Source: Patescibacteria group bacterium (GTDB taxonomy: Bacteria > Patescibacteriota > Patescibacteriia > UBA10025 > JAHIVO01). From it: a DNA stretch of 64,000 bases. The stretch lies in NCBI GenBank assembly GCA_034678405.1, contig JAXDBW010000042.1:136-64135 (forward strand). The letters are read 5' to 3'. Made by a program: the position numbers and the translations under genes. Shown in pieces: positions 17,341 to 27,907 of the stretch. How positions within the stretch are numbered: position 1 is the first letter of the stretch; each line of letters opens with the position of its first letter. A model generated the notes under the pieces. The model saw only the letters and a program-made list of their open reading frames with translations. It was not told the origin of the DNA and ran no database searches.

Positions 17341-19890
17341 TTATGCGTTGCGCTCACCGACCATTGGTCCTTGCGTCGCCGCCGGAGTCCCGAGTTTAGA
17401 TTTATCTGCAATCTCACTCTCGACCTGCACTCGATCTCGACCATACTTCATGCGAGAGAGTTCTATCAGTTGCTGCGCTCGCGCGGGGTCTCCCGGCTGC
17501 GGCGGATACGTCTGCATGGTAAATGGCTTGGATGCGGTGTTATTAATGAGGAGTTTCACCAGGGCAGTATACATATCGACATTGATGATGTCGTATTCAT
17601 TGAAGACCGGGTCAAACTCCTTCGCAAACGTCTCCGCATCCTCGACGCCCACCCGAAACATCACGACCGTCCCGGCATTACCAAAGACCGCATCCCGAAT
17701 CCGGGTATCGTTATTCTCGCGGACCAGCTGACTGATGTACTGATGTGCCATGGTGAGATTGAGGCGGTATTTCCGTGCTTCGGAGAGGATTGTCGCGATA
17801 CTATCCGTCACAAAATTTTGGAATTCATCAATATAGAGATAAAAATCACTACGCTGCTCCTCAGGGAGACTCACTCGCTTCATCGCGGCCATCTGAAGTT
17901 TCGAGACGATGATGAGGCCGAGGAGACTGCTGTTCACTTCCCCGGTCGTGCCCTTGGCGAGATTGATCAGGAGTATCTTTTTATTATTCATCACATCATC
18001 GAAGTTAAACCCCGACTTCGGCTGACCAATGATATTGCGCATCATCGCATTCTCCACAAACCGTCCTACTTTCGAAATGATGTAGCCGAGCATCTCTGAT
18101 TTATGAAAGTCTGACGTCTTCGCCATTTCCTTTTCCCAGAATGCCCGAACTACCGGGTCTTTTACCTTCGTCAGTTTATATTTCTGGAAGGCTGGATCAG
18201 TAAACATCCGGGGGATCTCAGCCAGCGTCCCCGGACTCTCAGTATCCTCCATCAGGGTCAGCATGACATTCCGCATATTATGCTCAAACATTGGACCGAT
18301 CATTTCCGGCGGGAAGAGCTTTTCAAAGATTGCGATCATTTCCTGCACTGCGAAATCTTTTTCCTCTGGCGTCTTCGCTTCGAGCATATTGAGGCCCAGA
18401 GGCCGTTCCATATCCGAGGGATTGAAATATATTACGTCATCAGCGCGCTCCTTCGGGATGTGCTCCATGACCGTGCTGACGAGATCACCATGCGGATCGA
18501 CGACCCCCACCCCTTTGCCATTCTGGATATCCTGAATAATCATATTTGAAAGGAGTACTGATTTCCCAACGCCCGACTTACCGATGACATACACATGGCG
18601 GCGGCGGTCGCTGTCTCCGATGCGGACCTGGACATCCTGTCCCCGAAACGGACTGTGGCCGAGGATGAGCCCCTCGGTCGGCATGTTCACTGGCGCAGGA
18701 GCTTTGCGCGAGGAGAGCCAGCGGATATTTGGTGTCTCCGTGATAGGTAATGGGAAATGATAGACGCTGGCCATTTCTTCAGCATTGAGAAGCATCGAAT
18801 GTTTTTCATTGAACCGGCGATATATATAGTCGTTAACAATCAAATCGGTATTGCGTCGATCACGACGCGAAAAGCCGTTGCCATACTCATACATATTATA
18901 CTGGCTAAAGGCATCCACTATATTTGTCAGATGGGCCTGGGCCCGCTCCCGACTCTGGGCAGACACGATGATGCGGATATTGACATCCATACCAGCTTTG
19001 GAGGTTTTCTCCTCAATACTCTTCGCGATTTCTTCGTCGCGAGCCGAGGGGGTATGGGCTTTGGCAAATTCGGTTTCCGATTCTTTCTTTGGGAAAAAAG
19101 TTCGGAATACCTCCATGAGTAGGGCGCGTGCACCACTATAGCCGATAGCCTCTTTGAGTGATTTGCCGTTATGGAGATCGCGGGCGACTCGTGCGCCAAA
19201 ATCATGCCAGGGCGCCTTTGCCGAGCGGGCGACATACTGAATGATAGCACTCTCACCGACTGGCACCTTGGACAGGACATTCGTGAGTGACTGCAGCGGA
19301 TCCACCTCAAGCTGGCGGTACGTCCGAATCGGAAAGATATACTCTTTTTTAAATTCAAGAGTAGTAGCGACTACCACACTCGTCGGAGTAAAGACATTGA
19401 AATCATCGACCGGATCTATATTTGCTCGCGGGTATTGTGCATGAATTTGCTGCTCCATGTATTCGCGCAGGTACCGCGGCACCGCGACATAAAACGAAAT
19501 CAATCCCTGAGTCGCAACTATCTCGAGAGCGAAATGGTCATTGCGGCCAGCTACTGCCGCCCCCATCCCCCGCTGGGCACGCATCCCCCCGAGTACCGAA
19601 AACCATGCTTCGGCTTCATTGAGCATATCCTGGATCCCCTGGACCGTATGCATCTGCTCACTGTCCTCTCCCATTTCTGACTCTTTTGGCACGGTGACGA
19701 GGAGCAATACTTTTTGCAAGGCATGCGGAAGTGACTTTTCACTCCGGAGACGCTTCTTGATAATGAAAAAAGCGGCCACCACCGTAATGATGATAGAGAC
19801 ACCGATGAGTACTATGGGAAAGGCGGCACTCTCGAGCGGATGCGCGAGTGCGTCTTTGAGCTGTGAAAAAATGTTGAGCTGCGGCGTCAT
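17341..19890 (-). CDS. VirD4/TraG/TraD-like type IV coupling protein family ATPase (membrane-anchored P-loop NTPase)
   Basis: 849 aa. N-terminal TM helix, Walker [14 protein letters not shown] followed by GVVDPHGDL, which resembles the T4CP DPKGEL box. Walker B is FYLYIDEFQNF. Confidence 0.55.
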   Translation of the reverse strand: MTPQLNIFSQLKDALAHPLESAAFPIVLIGVSIIITVVAAFFIIKKRLRSEKSLPHALQKVLLLVTVPKESEMGEDSEQMHTVQGIQDMLNEAEAWFSVLGGMRAQRGMGAAVAGRNDHFALEIVATQGLISFYVAVPRYLREYMEQQIHAQYPRANIDPVDDFNVFTPTSVVVATTLEFKKEYIFPIRTYRQLEVDPLQSLTNVLSKVPVGESAIIQYVARSAKAPWHDFGARVARDLHNGKSLKEAIGYSGARALLMEVFRTFFPKKESETEFAKAHTPSARDEEIAKSIEEKTSKAGMDVNIRIIVSAQSRERAQAHLTNIVDAFSQYNMYEYGNGFSRRDRRNTDLIVNDYIYRRFNEKHSMLLNAEEMASVYHFPLPITETPNIRWLSSRKAPAPVNMPTEGLILGHSPFRGQDVQVRIGDSDRRRHVYVIGKSGVGKSVLLSNMIIQDIQNGKGVGVVDPHGDLVSTVMEHIPKERADDVIYFNPSDMERPLGLNMLEAKTPEEKDFAVQEMIAIFEKLFPPEMIGPMFEHNMRNVMLTLMEDTESPGTLAEIPRMFTDPAFQKYKLTKVKDPVVRAFWEKEMAKTSDFHKSEMLGYIISKVGRFVENAMMRNIIGQPKSGFNFDDVMNNKKILLINLAKGTTGEVNSSLLGLIIVSKLQMAAMKRVSLPEEQRSDFYLYIDEFQNFVTDSIATILSEARKYRLNLTMAHQYISQLVRENNDTRIRDAVFGNAGTVVMFRVGVEDAETFAKEFDPVFNEYDIINVDMYTALVKLLINNTASKPFTMQTYPPQPGDPARAQQLIELSRMKYGRDRVQVESEIADKSKLGTPAATQGPMVGERNA

Positions 19891-19906
19891 GCCAGGGGCT
19901 CGGTGG

Positions 19907-20491
19907 TTATTGTTTTGGCTGCTGCTGTTCTCGCCAATTCAGGAGGCGGTCAGTTTTAATCTTCGCTTCCTGCTCGAGAAAAAATTTATTGACTCCCGGA
20001 ATCATCTGTAGCCACTCCTTAATCAGGTTGAGAATTTCGCGAACCTTCACTTTTGTTTCCTGGAGCAAAGTCTTTACTTCTCTGGCGGTTTCTTCCCCTT
20101 TTTGCTGAAATGCCATCTGTTGCTGCGGCGTCATGCCAGCGAATATTTCCTCAAGATGCTCAGACAACACATTCTCAATCTCGATTAAGATTGAATCCTT
20201 GGCTACCGGTGCTGGGGCAGCTGGCTGATTCTGGATGGCCGGTGGCGCTGCCTGTCGACGGGATTGTTCATCCTCAGTCCGCTGTTCCTCTGTCTGTTCT
20301 GGCTGTGTCTCGGGGCGGCGCTCCACTTCGCGCTGCTGCTCAGGTGGTTGCGGCACTTCAGGGGTGGGGCGTGCATCAGGTGACTTTTCAAAATCAAAAA
20401 TATCTTCCACTTCAGGGGACGCTTTCTGTTCTGACTGATTTTTGTTTACTTCGACCATTAATAACAGGTGATGGTTTTTTAAGCTATTCAT
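19907..20491 (-). CDS. Hypothetical acidic low-complexity protein
   Basis: 194 aa, rich in E, Q and P, with a coiled-coil-like C-terminus. It lies immediately upstream of the coupling ATPase. Confidence 0.45.
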   Translation of the reverse strand: MNSLKNHHLLLMVEVNKNQSEQKASPEVEDIFDFEKSPDARPTPEVPQPPEQQREVERRPETQPEQTEEQRTEDEQSRRQAAPPAIQNQPAAPAPVAKDSILIEIENVLSEHLEEIFAGMTPQQQMAFQQKGEETAREVKTLLQETKVKVREILNLIKEWLQMIPGVNKFFLEQEAKIKTDRLLNWREQQQPKQ

Positions 20492-20740
20492 ATTATATCA
20501 TTTTTTCTATAAAAAATCAATCCCTCACTTTAAACTAATAAGGTGAGGAATTGCCCTGAGCTTGCCGAAGGGCCTCATATCCTATTCAACTACAGACTAA
20601 ATAGAGCCAATCTTAGCCAAGAGTTATTGCCCCAGATATGCACATCTCGCCCCTTGACACAGGTGCCATACCATGATAGTATGTCCCGTTACGCTTGTTT
20701 AGGAGAGAAAGAAACAATTCATAGATCTAGGAGGTCTGCA

Positions 20741-21205
20741 ATGCGTTCACTGAACATCGCCGCTCTTTTGATTGCCACCGTTGCGGTTGCGCTGGGCACC
20801 ACTGGCTGCGACCTGAAACGGATTGTCGGTTCGTCCCCCTACGCCGATGGGAACTATGTTCTCCTCGAGTCGAAGGGTGAGGTGTACGACAACAACGCCT
20901 TCATCGACCTGAACGAAGCCCCGCAAAATGGCTACATGCAAATCAAGGGGTTTGTCCATGTCGAGGGTGGGTATACGCTGGTGACAGCTCAAATCAAGAT
21001 CGGCGGACAGTCGTGGCAGAACTTCCCGAACATCGAAGGGAAGTTCAAACCCTACATCGACTATTCGAACAACCACTCGGATAGCGAGGTCGACGTCCAG
21101 ATCCGGTTCCGGTTTGGATATAGGGACCAGTACAACGCCGCCCACACCACCGACTTCTACTACGCCAACTACCGGCTGTGGCACAATCCCTACCATCTGG
21201 AATAG
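20741..21205 (+). CDS. Putative lipoprotein
   Basis: AGGAGG lies 7 nt upstream of the ATG. Signal peptide with a lipobox-like LGTTGC. Confidence 0.6.
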   Translation: MRSLNIAALLIATVAVALGTTGCDLKRIVGSSPYADGNYVLLESKGEVYDNNAFIDLNEAPQNGYMQIKGFVHVEGGYTLVTAQIKIGGQSWQNFPNIEGKFKPYIDYSNNHSDSEVDVQIRFRFGYRDQYNAAHTTDFYYANYRLWHNPYHLE

Positions 21206-21348
21206 ATGGTACGAACAGTCGTTGGAGCGTGGCAGCGCACAACCATTTGGCGCACGTATGATACAACTCAGCGTGCGCCTCTTTTTTATCCCTTGAAAAA
21301 TACAGAAAAATGTGTTACACTATAGATAATCCAACATAAAAATCATCC

Positions 21349-22290
21349 ATGACGGAACTTTCACCCGCTTCAACCTCTCTCCTTCTCATCCTCGTCGTTC
21401 TCGGCGTGGTTATCTTTTGGTTATATCGGATGAACCTGAAAGCCAGATCAAACTTCGGCGTACTGAAACTCTATGCCAAGGATTTAACCGCTCTGGCTCA
21501 GCAAAAAAAACTTGACCCGGTGATCGGCCGCGAGCATGAAATTGAACGCGTTATCCAGATCCTCTCCCGCCGGACGAAGAACAACCCCGTGCTCATCGGC
21601 AAATCCGGCGTCGGCAAGACGGCCATCGTGGAGGGCCTTGCACAAAAGGTAGCCGACGGTAGCGTCACGTCGGCGCTCGAAAATAAAAAAGTATTACAGC
21701 TGGATCTGAGCGGTCTCGTCGCCGGCACCAAATACCGCGGTGAGTTTGAAAAACGATTGAAGTCACTCGTCGATGAAATTATTGCCGCGAAGCGATCAAT
21801 TATTTTATTTATTGATGAGATTCATAGCCTCGCTGAGGCTGGAGAAGCGACCGGTGCGATTAACGCGGCAGACATCCTGAAACCGGCCCTCTCCCGCGGA
21901 GACCTCCAAATGATCGGCGCGACCACTCCCGAGGAATACAAAACCTATGTCGAACATGACCAAACCCTCGAGCGTCGTTTCCAGCCAGTGAGTATCGAGG
22001 AGGTGTCGAAAGAGCAAACCCTCGCCATCCTCAAAGGAATCCGTCCTCAGTACGAAGAGCACCACCAGCTGAAGATCACTGACGCCGCCCTGGAGCGAGC
22101 CATCACTCTCGCGGACGAGCATGTCCATGATCGATTTTTTCCTGACAAAGCGATTGATCTCATGGATGAGGCGGCTGCCCTCGTGAAATTACGCAGTATT
22201 AAGGATGGTAATGCGCATCTCCAAGTCGAACCGCAAGACATCGAAACCATCCTCAATGAGTGGAAAGAAGAAGGGATCGAAGCATCATAA
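21349..22290 (+). CDS. Membrane-anchored Clp/Hsp100-like AAA+ protein with the D1 ATPase domain only
   Basis: TM helix, then [44 protein letters not shown] (ClpA/B/C D1 Walker A), Walker [11 protein letters not shown], and sensor GATT..EY...D..LERRFQ. The protein ends after the D1 small subdomain, with no N-domain or D2. Confidence 0.7.
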   Translation: MTELSPASTSLLLILVVLGVVIFWLYRMNLKARSNFGVLKLYAKDLTALAQQKKLDPVIGREHEIERVIQILSRRTKNNPVLIGKSGVGKTAIVEGLAQKVADGSVTSALENKKVLQLDLSGLVAGTKYRGEFEKRLKSLVDEIIAAKRSIILFIDEIHSLAEAGEATGAINAADILKPALSRGDLQMIGATTPEEYKTYVEHDQTLERRFQPVSIEEVSKEQTLAILKGIRPQYEEHHQLKITDAALERAITLADEHVHDRFFPDKAIDLMDEAAALVKLRSIKDGNAHLQVEPQDIETILNEWKEEGIEAS

Positions 22291-22306
22291 GTAATCACGC
22301 GAGCAG

Positions 22307-23185
22307 ATGTCAGGTCTCCTCCTGGTCATCATCGGGTCAATCATCTACCCGTTCATAGACGTATTTAAGAAGAAGGCCACCGCCCACTACAGTGTGGGGG
22401 TTATTTTTTGGTTAGTGGCGCTCTGTGAAGTGCCCTTCTATATCGTACTCATCCTCTGGCTGGGGATCCCGGAGATAGACGCGAGCTTTTGGTGGATTGT
22501 CGGCATCAATACACCGATCCTGATTATTACCAATGTCCTCCTGATCAAAGACGAAAAGATCGCGCCGCTTTCGACCACACTCCCCCTGCTTTCCTTTACC
22601 CCCGTCTTCCTCATCTTCACGTCATATTTTTTCCTCGGCGAATTACCGAATGCCTACGGCGTCATCGGCATCTTCCTCGTGGTACTCGGCGCTATCCTGC
22701 TGAAGGGCGAAGATCTACGGAACGGCCTGCGAAGCCGGATGCGTCACATCTTCTCGCAGCGCTCGAGTCTCTATATCCTCGTCATTGCGTTTCTCTGGAG
22801 CTTCAGCGCGAATTTCGTAAAGATCGCGGCCGAGGCGAGCTCGGCGTGGTTTTACCTCGCTGTCACGGTGGCCCTGGAGGCGCTCTTCATGACTGTTTGG
22901 ATGGCCTTCCGTCATGGCAAACGCACTGTCGGAAAAATCAAAGGACATATCCCTCTCCTAGTCGGGGCGGCAGTGTTCTCTGTCGCGGCGGATGTTATCT
23001 TTTTGATAGGGCTTGAGCATACGTTTGTCTCCTACGCTATCGCCATCAAGCGCGGCCTCCTCATCGTCGGCAGTATCGCACTCGGCGCAGCATTCTTCCG
23101 TGAACGCAATATCCGATACCGAATCGGTGGGGCACTGGTGATGGCCATCGGCCTTCTCTTCATCCTCGTCTTTGGCGCGAGCTAG
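22307..23185 (+). CDS. EamA/DMT-family transporter
   Basis: 292 aa and about 10 TM helices. It is a paralog of the gene at 25458. Confidence 0.65.
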   Translation: MSGLLLVIIGSIIYPFIDVFKKKATAHYSVGVIFWLVALCEVPFYIVLILWLGIPEIDASFWWIVGINTPILIITNVLLIKDEKIAPLSTTLPLLSFTPVFLIFTSYFFLGELPNAYGVIGIFLVVLGAILLKGEDLRNGLRSRMRHIFSQRSSLYILVIAFLWSFSANFVKIAAEASSAWFYLAVTVALEALFMTVWMAFRHGKRTVGKIKGHIPLLVGAAVFSVAADVIFLIGLEHTFVSYAIAIKRGLLIVGSIALGAAFFRERNIRYRIGGALVMAIGLLFILVFGAS

Positions 23186-23306
23186 ACGCCGTTGACAGTA
23201 CCCCAGCGGCATGGTACGATTGCGGCGGAAATTTTCTCTATACATAATACATACCGTCCTTTGTGTACTCACCCTAAACCCTTCACCTCTGTCCGGGAGG
23301 CCTTTT

Positions 23307-23621
23307 ATGGCTGAACCAAAAAAGGTGAATAACGGCAATGTGTTTGACACACAGGCTGATGGATCGGTCATCTCAAAATTGGTCGGCACATTTACACCCA
23401 GCGTAACCATCGGGGAGTATGTCCGTATTAATGACATGCTCGGCACCGTCTCCACGCTCGGAACGGATCATGAGGTGTTTGCTGAAATAGCCGGCTATAT
23501 CACAGTAGTGGGGGTATCTGATGATCATCCGATTGAATTCGGCCAAATACTCATCGTGATCACTCCGAGCGATACGCCGCCACCTCCGACGAACAGCCGT
23601 GTCAAAAAAACAGAACCCTAA
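23307..23621 (+). CDS. Biotin/lipoyl-attachment-like domain protein (no AMKM lysine)
   Basis: GGGAGG RBS. GTVSTLGTDHEVFAEIAGYITVV resembles the hybrid barrel motif, but the biotinyl-Lys is not evident. Confidence 0.4.
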   Translation: MAEPKKVNNGNVFDTQADGSVISKLVGTFTPSVTIGEYVRINDMLGTVSTLGTDHEVFAEIAGYITVVGVSDDHPIEFGQILIVITPSDTPPPPTNSRVKKTEP

Positions 23622-23645
23622 GACCGTTATTCATACCATAGACAC

Positions 23646-23678
23646 GGGATGTAGCAGCAGCTACATCCCGTCTTTTTT
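23646..23678 (+). terminator. Rho-independent terminator
   Basis: GGGATGTAGC-AGCA-GCTACATCCC followed by GTCTTTTTT. Confidence 0.75.
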
Positions 23679-23718
23679 CGTTGCGAAAGCGTAGAAAACC
23701 AGCTACAATACAGCTACT

Positions 23719-25263
23719 ATGCTGTCACTATTTAATACACTCCACCGGACAAAAGAACCGTTTACCCCCCTGTCGGATAATCACGTCGGGCTCTATACCT
23801 GTGGCCCGACAGTCTATAACTATGCCCATATCGGCAACCTCCGGACGTACCTCTTCGAGGACATTCTGAAACGTGTCCTGCGCGCTGACGGCTATGATGT
23901 CACGCACGTCATGAACATAACTGATGTCGGTCATCTGACGGATGATGCTGATCGCGGAGAGGACAAGATGGAGAAAAGCGCGGCAAAAGAAGGTAAAACT
24001 GTCTGGGACGTCGCGGAGCATTATACCCAGGCATTCAAAAAAAACATGCATGAACTCAATATCTCTGAGCCAGACATCTGGGCGAAAGCCACCGACCATA
24101 TCCAGGAGCAGATCGACTGGATCAGGCGACTTGAGCAAAAGGGCTTCACGTACCAGACGAGTGATGGCGTGTATTTCGATACCAGCAAGCTCAATGACTA
24201 TGGTAAGCTCTCCGGTCAAAATCGCGCCGAGCTCTCCGAGGGTATCCGCGTCGAGAAAAACGACGAAAAGAAAAACCCGACTGACTTCGCGCTCTGGAAA
24301 TTCTCACCGCAAGACGTGAAACGCCAAATGGAATGGAACTCGCCCTGGGGCATTGGGTTCCCCGGCTGGCACCTCGAGTGCTCAGTCATGGCGAGTAAAT
24401 ATCTCGGGGAGCAGTTTGACATCCACTGCGGTGGGATTGACCACATCCCCATCCACCATACCAATGAGATTGCTCAGACTGAAGCGGTCACGGGCAAGGA
24501 CTTCGTGAAGTATTGGCTGCATGGCGAATTCCTGGTCCTGAAAGATGAAGACCCACTCTCGGGGATCAAACTAATTAACACAACAATGATCTGCGAAATT
24601 TGTGGCCACAATAATTTTTTCCCTGACCAGAAAAAATTCAAATTTAAAAATAAAGACGGTTACAAGTTTATCTACGCAGAATGTGAGAAATGTCATGCGG
24701 AAATGAGCTTTGGAGTTAGAAAAATGGCAAAGTCCGCAGGGAACTTCATCACTCTCGAGACCCTGAAGAGCAAAGGCTATGACCCACTTGCCTACCGCTT
24801 CTTTAATCTCGGTACGCACTATCGCAAACCGCTCACCTTCACCTGGGAAGCGATCGAGTCGGCTCAGCACGCCTATGACAATGTCATGGCTATCGCAGCA
24901 GACCTCGGCGAGCCGAAGATTGGCTGTGCTGAATTTGAGGAGAAATTTATGCACGCACTGAATGATGATCTGAATACGCCGCAAGCGCTAGCAGTCATGT
25001 GGGACCTACTAAAATCCGACTACCCGCCTGCTGCCAAAAAAGCCTCACTACTGAAATTTGATGAAATCCTCGGCCTGGACCTGGCCAGCGCCAAACCAAT
25101 CGATGTGCCTGCTGCCATACGCGAGTTAGTCTCGAAGCGTGAGCAGCTCCGCACCGACAAACAATACGACGAGGCTGATACACTCCGAGATGAGATTGCT
25201 GCCGCAGGATTTATCGTCGAAGACACCCCCGCTGGCTCGGTTCTGAAAAAGTTAAAATCATAA
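23719..25263 (+). CDS. cysS: Cysteine--tRNA ligase with a ~55-aa zinc-ribbon insertion before KMSKS
   Basis: HIGN motif ([10 protein letters not shown]), zinc-binding Cys residues (CGPTVY, ECSVM), and KMAKSAGN at residue ~335. The insertion is [10 protein letters not shown]...[12 protein letters not shown]. Confidence 0.92.
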   Translation: MLSLFNTLHRTKEPFTPLSDNHVGLYTCGPTVYNYAHIGNLRTYLFEDILKRVLRADGYDVTHVMNITDVGHLTDDADRGEDKMEKSAAKEGKTVWDVAEHYTQAFKKNMHELNISEPDIWAKATDHIQEQIDWIRRLEQKGFTYQTSDGVYFDTSKLNDYGKLSGQNRAELSEGIRVEKNDEKKNPTDFALWKFSPQDVKRQMEWNSPWGIGFPGWHLECSVMASKYLGEQFDIHCGGIDHIPIHHTNEIAQTEAVTGKDFVKYWLHGEFLVLKDEDPLSGIKLINTTMICEICGHNNFFPDQKKFKFKNKDGYKFIYAECEKCHAEMSFGVRKMAKSAGNFITLETLKSKGYDPLAYRFFNLGTHYRKPLTFTWEAIESAQHAYDNVMAIAADLGEPKIGCAEFEEKFMHALNDDLNTPQALAVMWDLLKSDYPPAAKKASLLKFDEILGLDLASAKPIDVPAAIRELVSKREQLRTDKQYDEADTLRDEIAAAGFIVEDTPAGSVLKKLKS

Positions 25264-25457
25264 GCCCTCTGTGAGAAATTGGGTCTGGGATTTTCCTGAG
25301 CCCATCCTATACTGAGTAAAGCGTTTGATAGCACCTCGCGAATAAAATCCCAGCGTCTCTTTTCCGTTGCTTTTCTGGACGAGCAGAAAAGCAACAAAAC
25401 GCTTGGTCACTCGAAAAGTAGCGAAGATATTTACGAACAAAAAGGGACAAAAAAACT

Positions 25458-26333
25458 ATGCTCGGTTTCTTCCTCGCTATTACCGCCTCGCTGCTCTTCG
25501 CGGCGCGGGACAGCCTCAATAAATACGTCAGTACCAATACTTCGCCCCTCTTCGTCTACTGGGCGGTGGTGTTGTTTTCCTTACCGGTATTTACGGTCGG
25601 CGTTCTAATCCAGGGCATCCCGCCGCTCGACAGCGGCATCTTTTGGCTGATGGTGGCTCTGGGGGTGCCATTCTATGTCACCACCAGTGTCCTCCTGATT
25701 CGCGCTATGCAAATCTCCCCGCTCTCCCTCACCCTACCCTTCCTCGGGTTCAGCCCAGTATTCCTCCTCTTCACCTCATGGATTATTCTCGGACAGGTGC
25801 CCAGCCACTGGGGCATCATCGGTGTGGTCTTGGTGACGCTCGGTGCCTATTTTATCCATTTTCAGGGACGGCGCGCGGGATGGATGGCGCCGCTCCAGGC
25901 TATCAGACATGAGCGTGGCTCATGGTATGTCATCATCGTCGCGCTGATCTGGAGCATCACGGCAAATTTTGATAAAATCGCGCTCGATCACTCGACGCCG
26001 CTGTCATATCTATTTATATATAGTGTGGTCTCACTCGTAGCGTTGACTATAGCCCTGGCCTGGCGGAGAGAATTGCACAGCGTCAGAACGCTGCGTGTCC
26101 ATCCTATAGCCCTACCATTGACCGGCCTGATCACCGGCTTTGCGACCCTACTGCAAATGATGGCAATCCAGCTCATCATCGTACCCTATGTCATCACTAT
26201 CAAGCGGGCCGGCTCTATCCTCGGCGGAATCGCGATTGGTGCTGCGTACTTCCGTGAACCGGGCTTCCGCCGCCGTTTTGGCGCTGGACTGGTGATGCTT
26301 GCGGGCGTAGCCTTGATACTCATCTTTGGATAG
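25458..26333 (+). CDS. EamA/DMT-family transporter (paralog of 22307-23185)
   Basis: 291 aa and about 10 TM helices. The shared motifs PLSLTLPFLGFSPVFLLFTSW and ILGQVP show it is a paralog. Confidence 0.65.
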   Translation: MLGFFLAITASLLFAARDSLNKYVSTNTSPLFVYWAVVLFSLPVFTVGVLIQGIPPLDSGIFWLMVALGVPFYVTTSVLLIRAMQISPLSLTLPFLGFSPVFLLFTSWIILGQVPSHWGIIGVVLVTLGAYFIHFQGRRAGWMAPLQAIRHERGSWYVIIVALIWSITANFDKIALDHSTPLSYLFIYSVVSLVALTIALAWRRELHSVRTLRVHPIALPLTGLITGFATLLQMMAIQLIIVPYVITIKRAGSILGGIAIGAAYFREPGFRRRFGAGLVMLAGVALILIFG

Positions 26334-26427
26334 CGAAACAGCCCTCGCATCTTTACAAACGGCTGTTTTTTTGCTATACTTAAGGAAATAAAACAAAAAT
26401 CACCATTAATATATAAGGTTTACGAGT

Positions 26428-27354
26428 ATGGAACAACCCCAACTCACCCAAACCATGACCAAACAGGCTGTAGATACCTCGACACGGCTGGTTTTAGGTA
26501 TTGGCATGATCAGCGCTTTCGCCGTCGGCATCAGTCTGTCCATGGCACTACTCAATATAAATCTCCTTGCTGAGGAGGCGCCAGAAATCATTACACTCAA
26601 AAAACCGTTCAAAGTATCGGATATCTGGGATGGGGCGCTGACGACAGATGCACAGTATAATAACAACCTCGTCCTCTATGCTACGGATAGCGTGCATAAC
26701 CCCGGATACCAGGAACCGCTGGGTAAATTTTTCCTGCATGAATATCAAGATGGATCTGCCTATGCCTCTACCTATCGGCTCGCCATAAGTAATGATGATG
26801 CATATATCGCCGGTGGTTCGCATGCATCGATCGCCACAATCCTGACTGGCACGGGAGTGCACACCCTCTGCGTCCCTCCTGCACTGGATGATCCCTACGT
26901 GTGGTTTGACGCCAACGGGAATCCATATGATGACTATGATTTGTCAGGTAATGCCCTGACTGACTGTGTCTCCGTCAAAAACCGTGCTTACGCACCTTAT
27001 ATTATCGATTCAGCTACTATCAATCAACCATATGAATCAAATAGCCAGATAGTGGAGCTGAAAAAGGATGGCGCGGTTTTGGCCGCGGTTGTGGATGGAC
27101 AGGTCGAAACCTATAGCTCCTCAGAAACGCTCCACGGTGGCGCACCCCTATATGTCAGTCTCGAGACGACTGATATCCCCCGGCTGCTACCGAGCCGTAC
27201 TATCCAAGTGATCTCGGGCGGTATTCAGACGCTCTGTATCCCACCGACCAACATCAGCAATACGCCCACACAGTATTATTTTAATTCCGACGGGTGGCCG
27301 TATCGTGACCCACTCCTCACCCAGAGCGTCCGCTGCGTGAAAGCAATCATGTAG
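26428..27354 (+). CDS. Hypothetical membrane-anchored/secreted protein
   Basis: 308 aa with an N-terminal TM segment and a terminator downstream. Confidence 0.5.
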   Translation: MEQPQLTQTMTKQAVDTSTRLVLGIGMISAFAVGISLSMALLNINLLAEEAPEIITLKKPFKVSDIWDGALTTDAQYNNNLVLYATDSVHNPGYQEPLGKFFLHEYQDGSAYASTYRLAISNDDAYIAGGSHASIATILTGTGVHTLCVPPALDDPYVWFDANGNPYDDYDLSGNALTDCVSVKNRAYAPYIIDSATINQPYESNSQIVELKKDGAVLAAVVDGQVETYSSSETLHGGAPLYVSLETTDIPRLLPSRTIQVISGGIQTLCIPPTNISNTPTQYYFNSDGWPYRDPLLTQSVRCVKAIM

Positions 27355-27373
27355 TACATACGCGCATGCACGA

Positions 27374-27402
27374 AACCCCGACTCATCCGAGCCGGGGTTT
27401 TT
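27374..27402 (+). terminator. Rho-independent terminator
   Basis: CCCCG...CGGGG hairpin followed by TTTTTGG. Confidence 0.65.
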
Positions 27403-27418
27403 GGTATGTCATAGTAAA

Positions 27419-27889
27419 CTAACCGTAAAATCCCAAACGCTGATACCAATGCGGTGGATAGGTTTCCTGCGGAGGGAGCTGCTGATCAGTGTCATCCGCA
27501 CTGATAGATATGCGCTCAGCCGGAAAATCAGCATTGACCAGAAATATAAAGGTAGCCGGACCGCGGCCGATATATGTAGCAAACGCAGCGGTGTGGTCGG
27601 CATCAGAGGACACATAGCCATAGTAATCCACTCCGGAATAGTGGAGCAGTGGAATGCCCAACCGAAACCCGACTAATGCCGTAAACGGCTGATCAGCCCG
27701 CAGTACGATAGTGCGCATCCCTCGCCGGCCGGTCGACCCTGGATAGGTCCATTCACGTGTCTGACTCGAAGCGTCAGTAAATTTCTGTAAGTATGTAAAC
27801 TTCCGGAGGTGTTCCCGTCCGAGGAAATGCACAAGAGCCAGCAGCAATACACAAATGATGCTGAGAAAAATGATTATCCCCATATACAA
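27419..27889 (-). CDS. Hypothetical membrane-anchored protein
   Basis: 156 aa with an N-terminal TM segment. Confidence 0.4.
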   Translation of the reverse strand: MYMGIIIFLSIICVLLLALVHFLGREHLRKFTYLQKFTDASSQTREWTYPGSTGRRGMRTIVLRADQPFTALVGFRLGIPLLHYSGVDYYGYVSSDADHTAAFATYIGRGPATFIFLVNADFPAERISISADDTDQQLPPQETYPPHWYQRLGFYG

Positions 27890-27907
27890 TAGGGTTCTCT
27901 GATTTTT

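Noticed and set aside
17233-19141. Plus-strand ORFs inside the coupling-ATPase gene (17233-18099, 18263-18549, 18757-19141)
   Set aside because: They are antisense to a long ORF that has clear Walker motifs, and they have no RBS.
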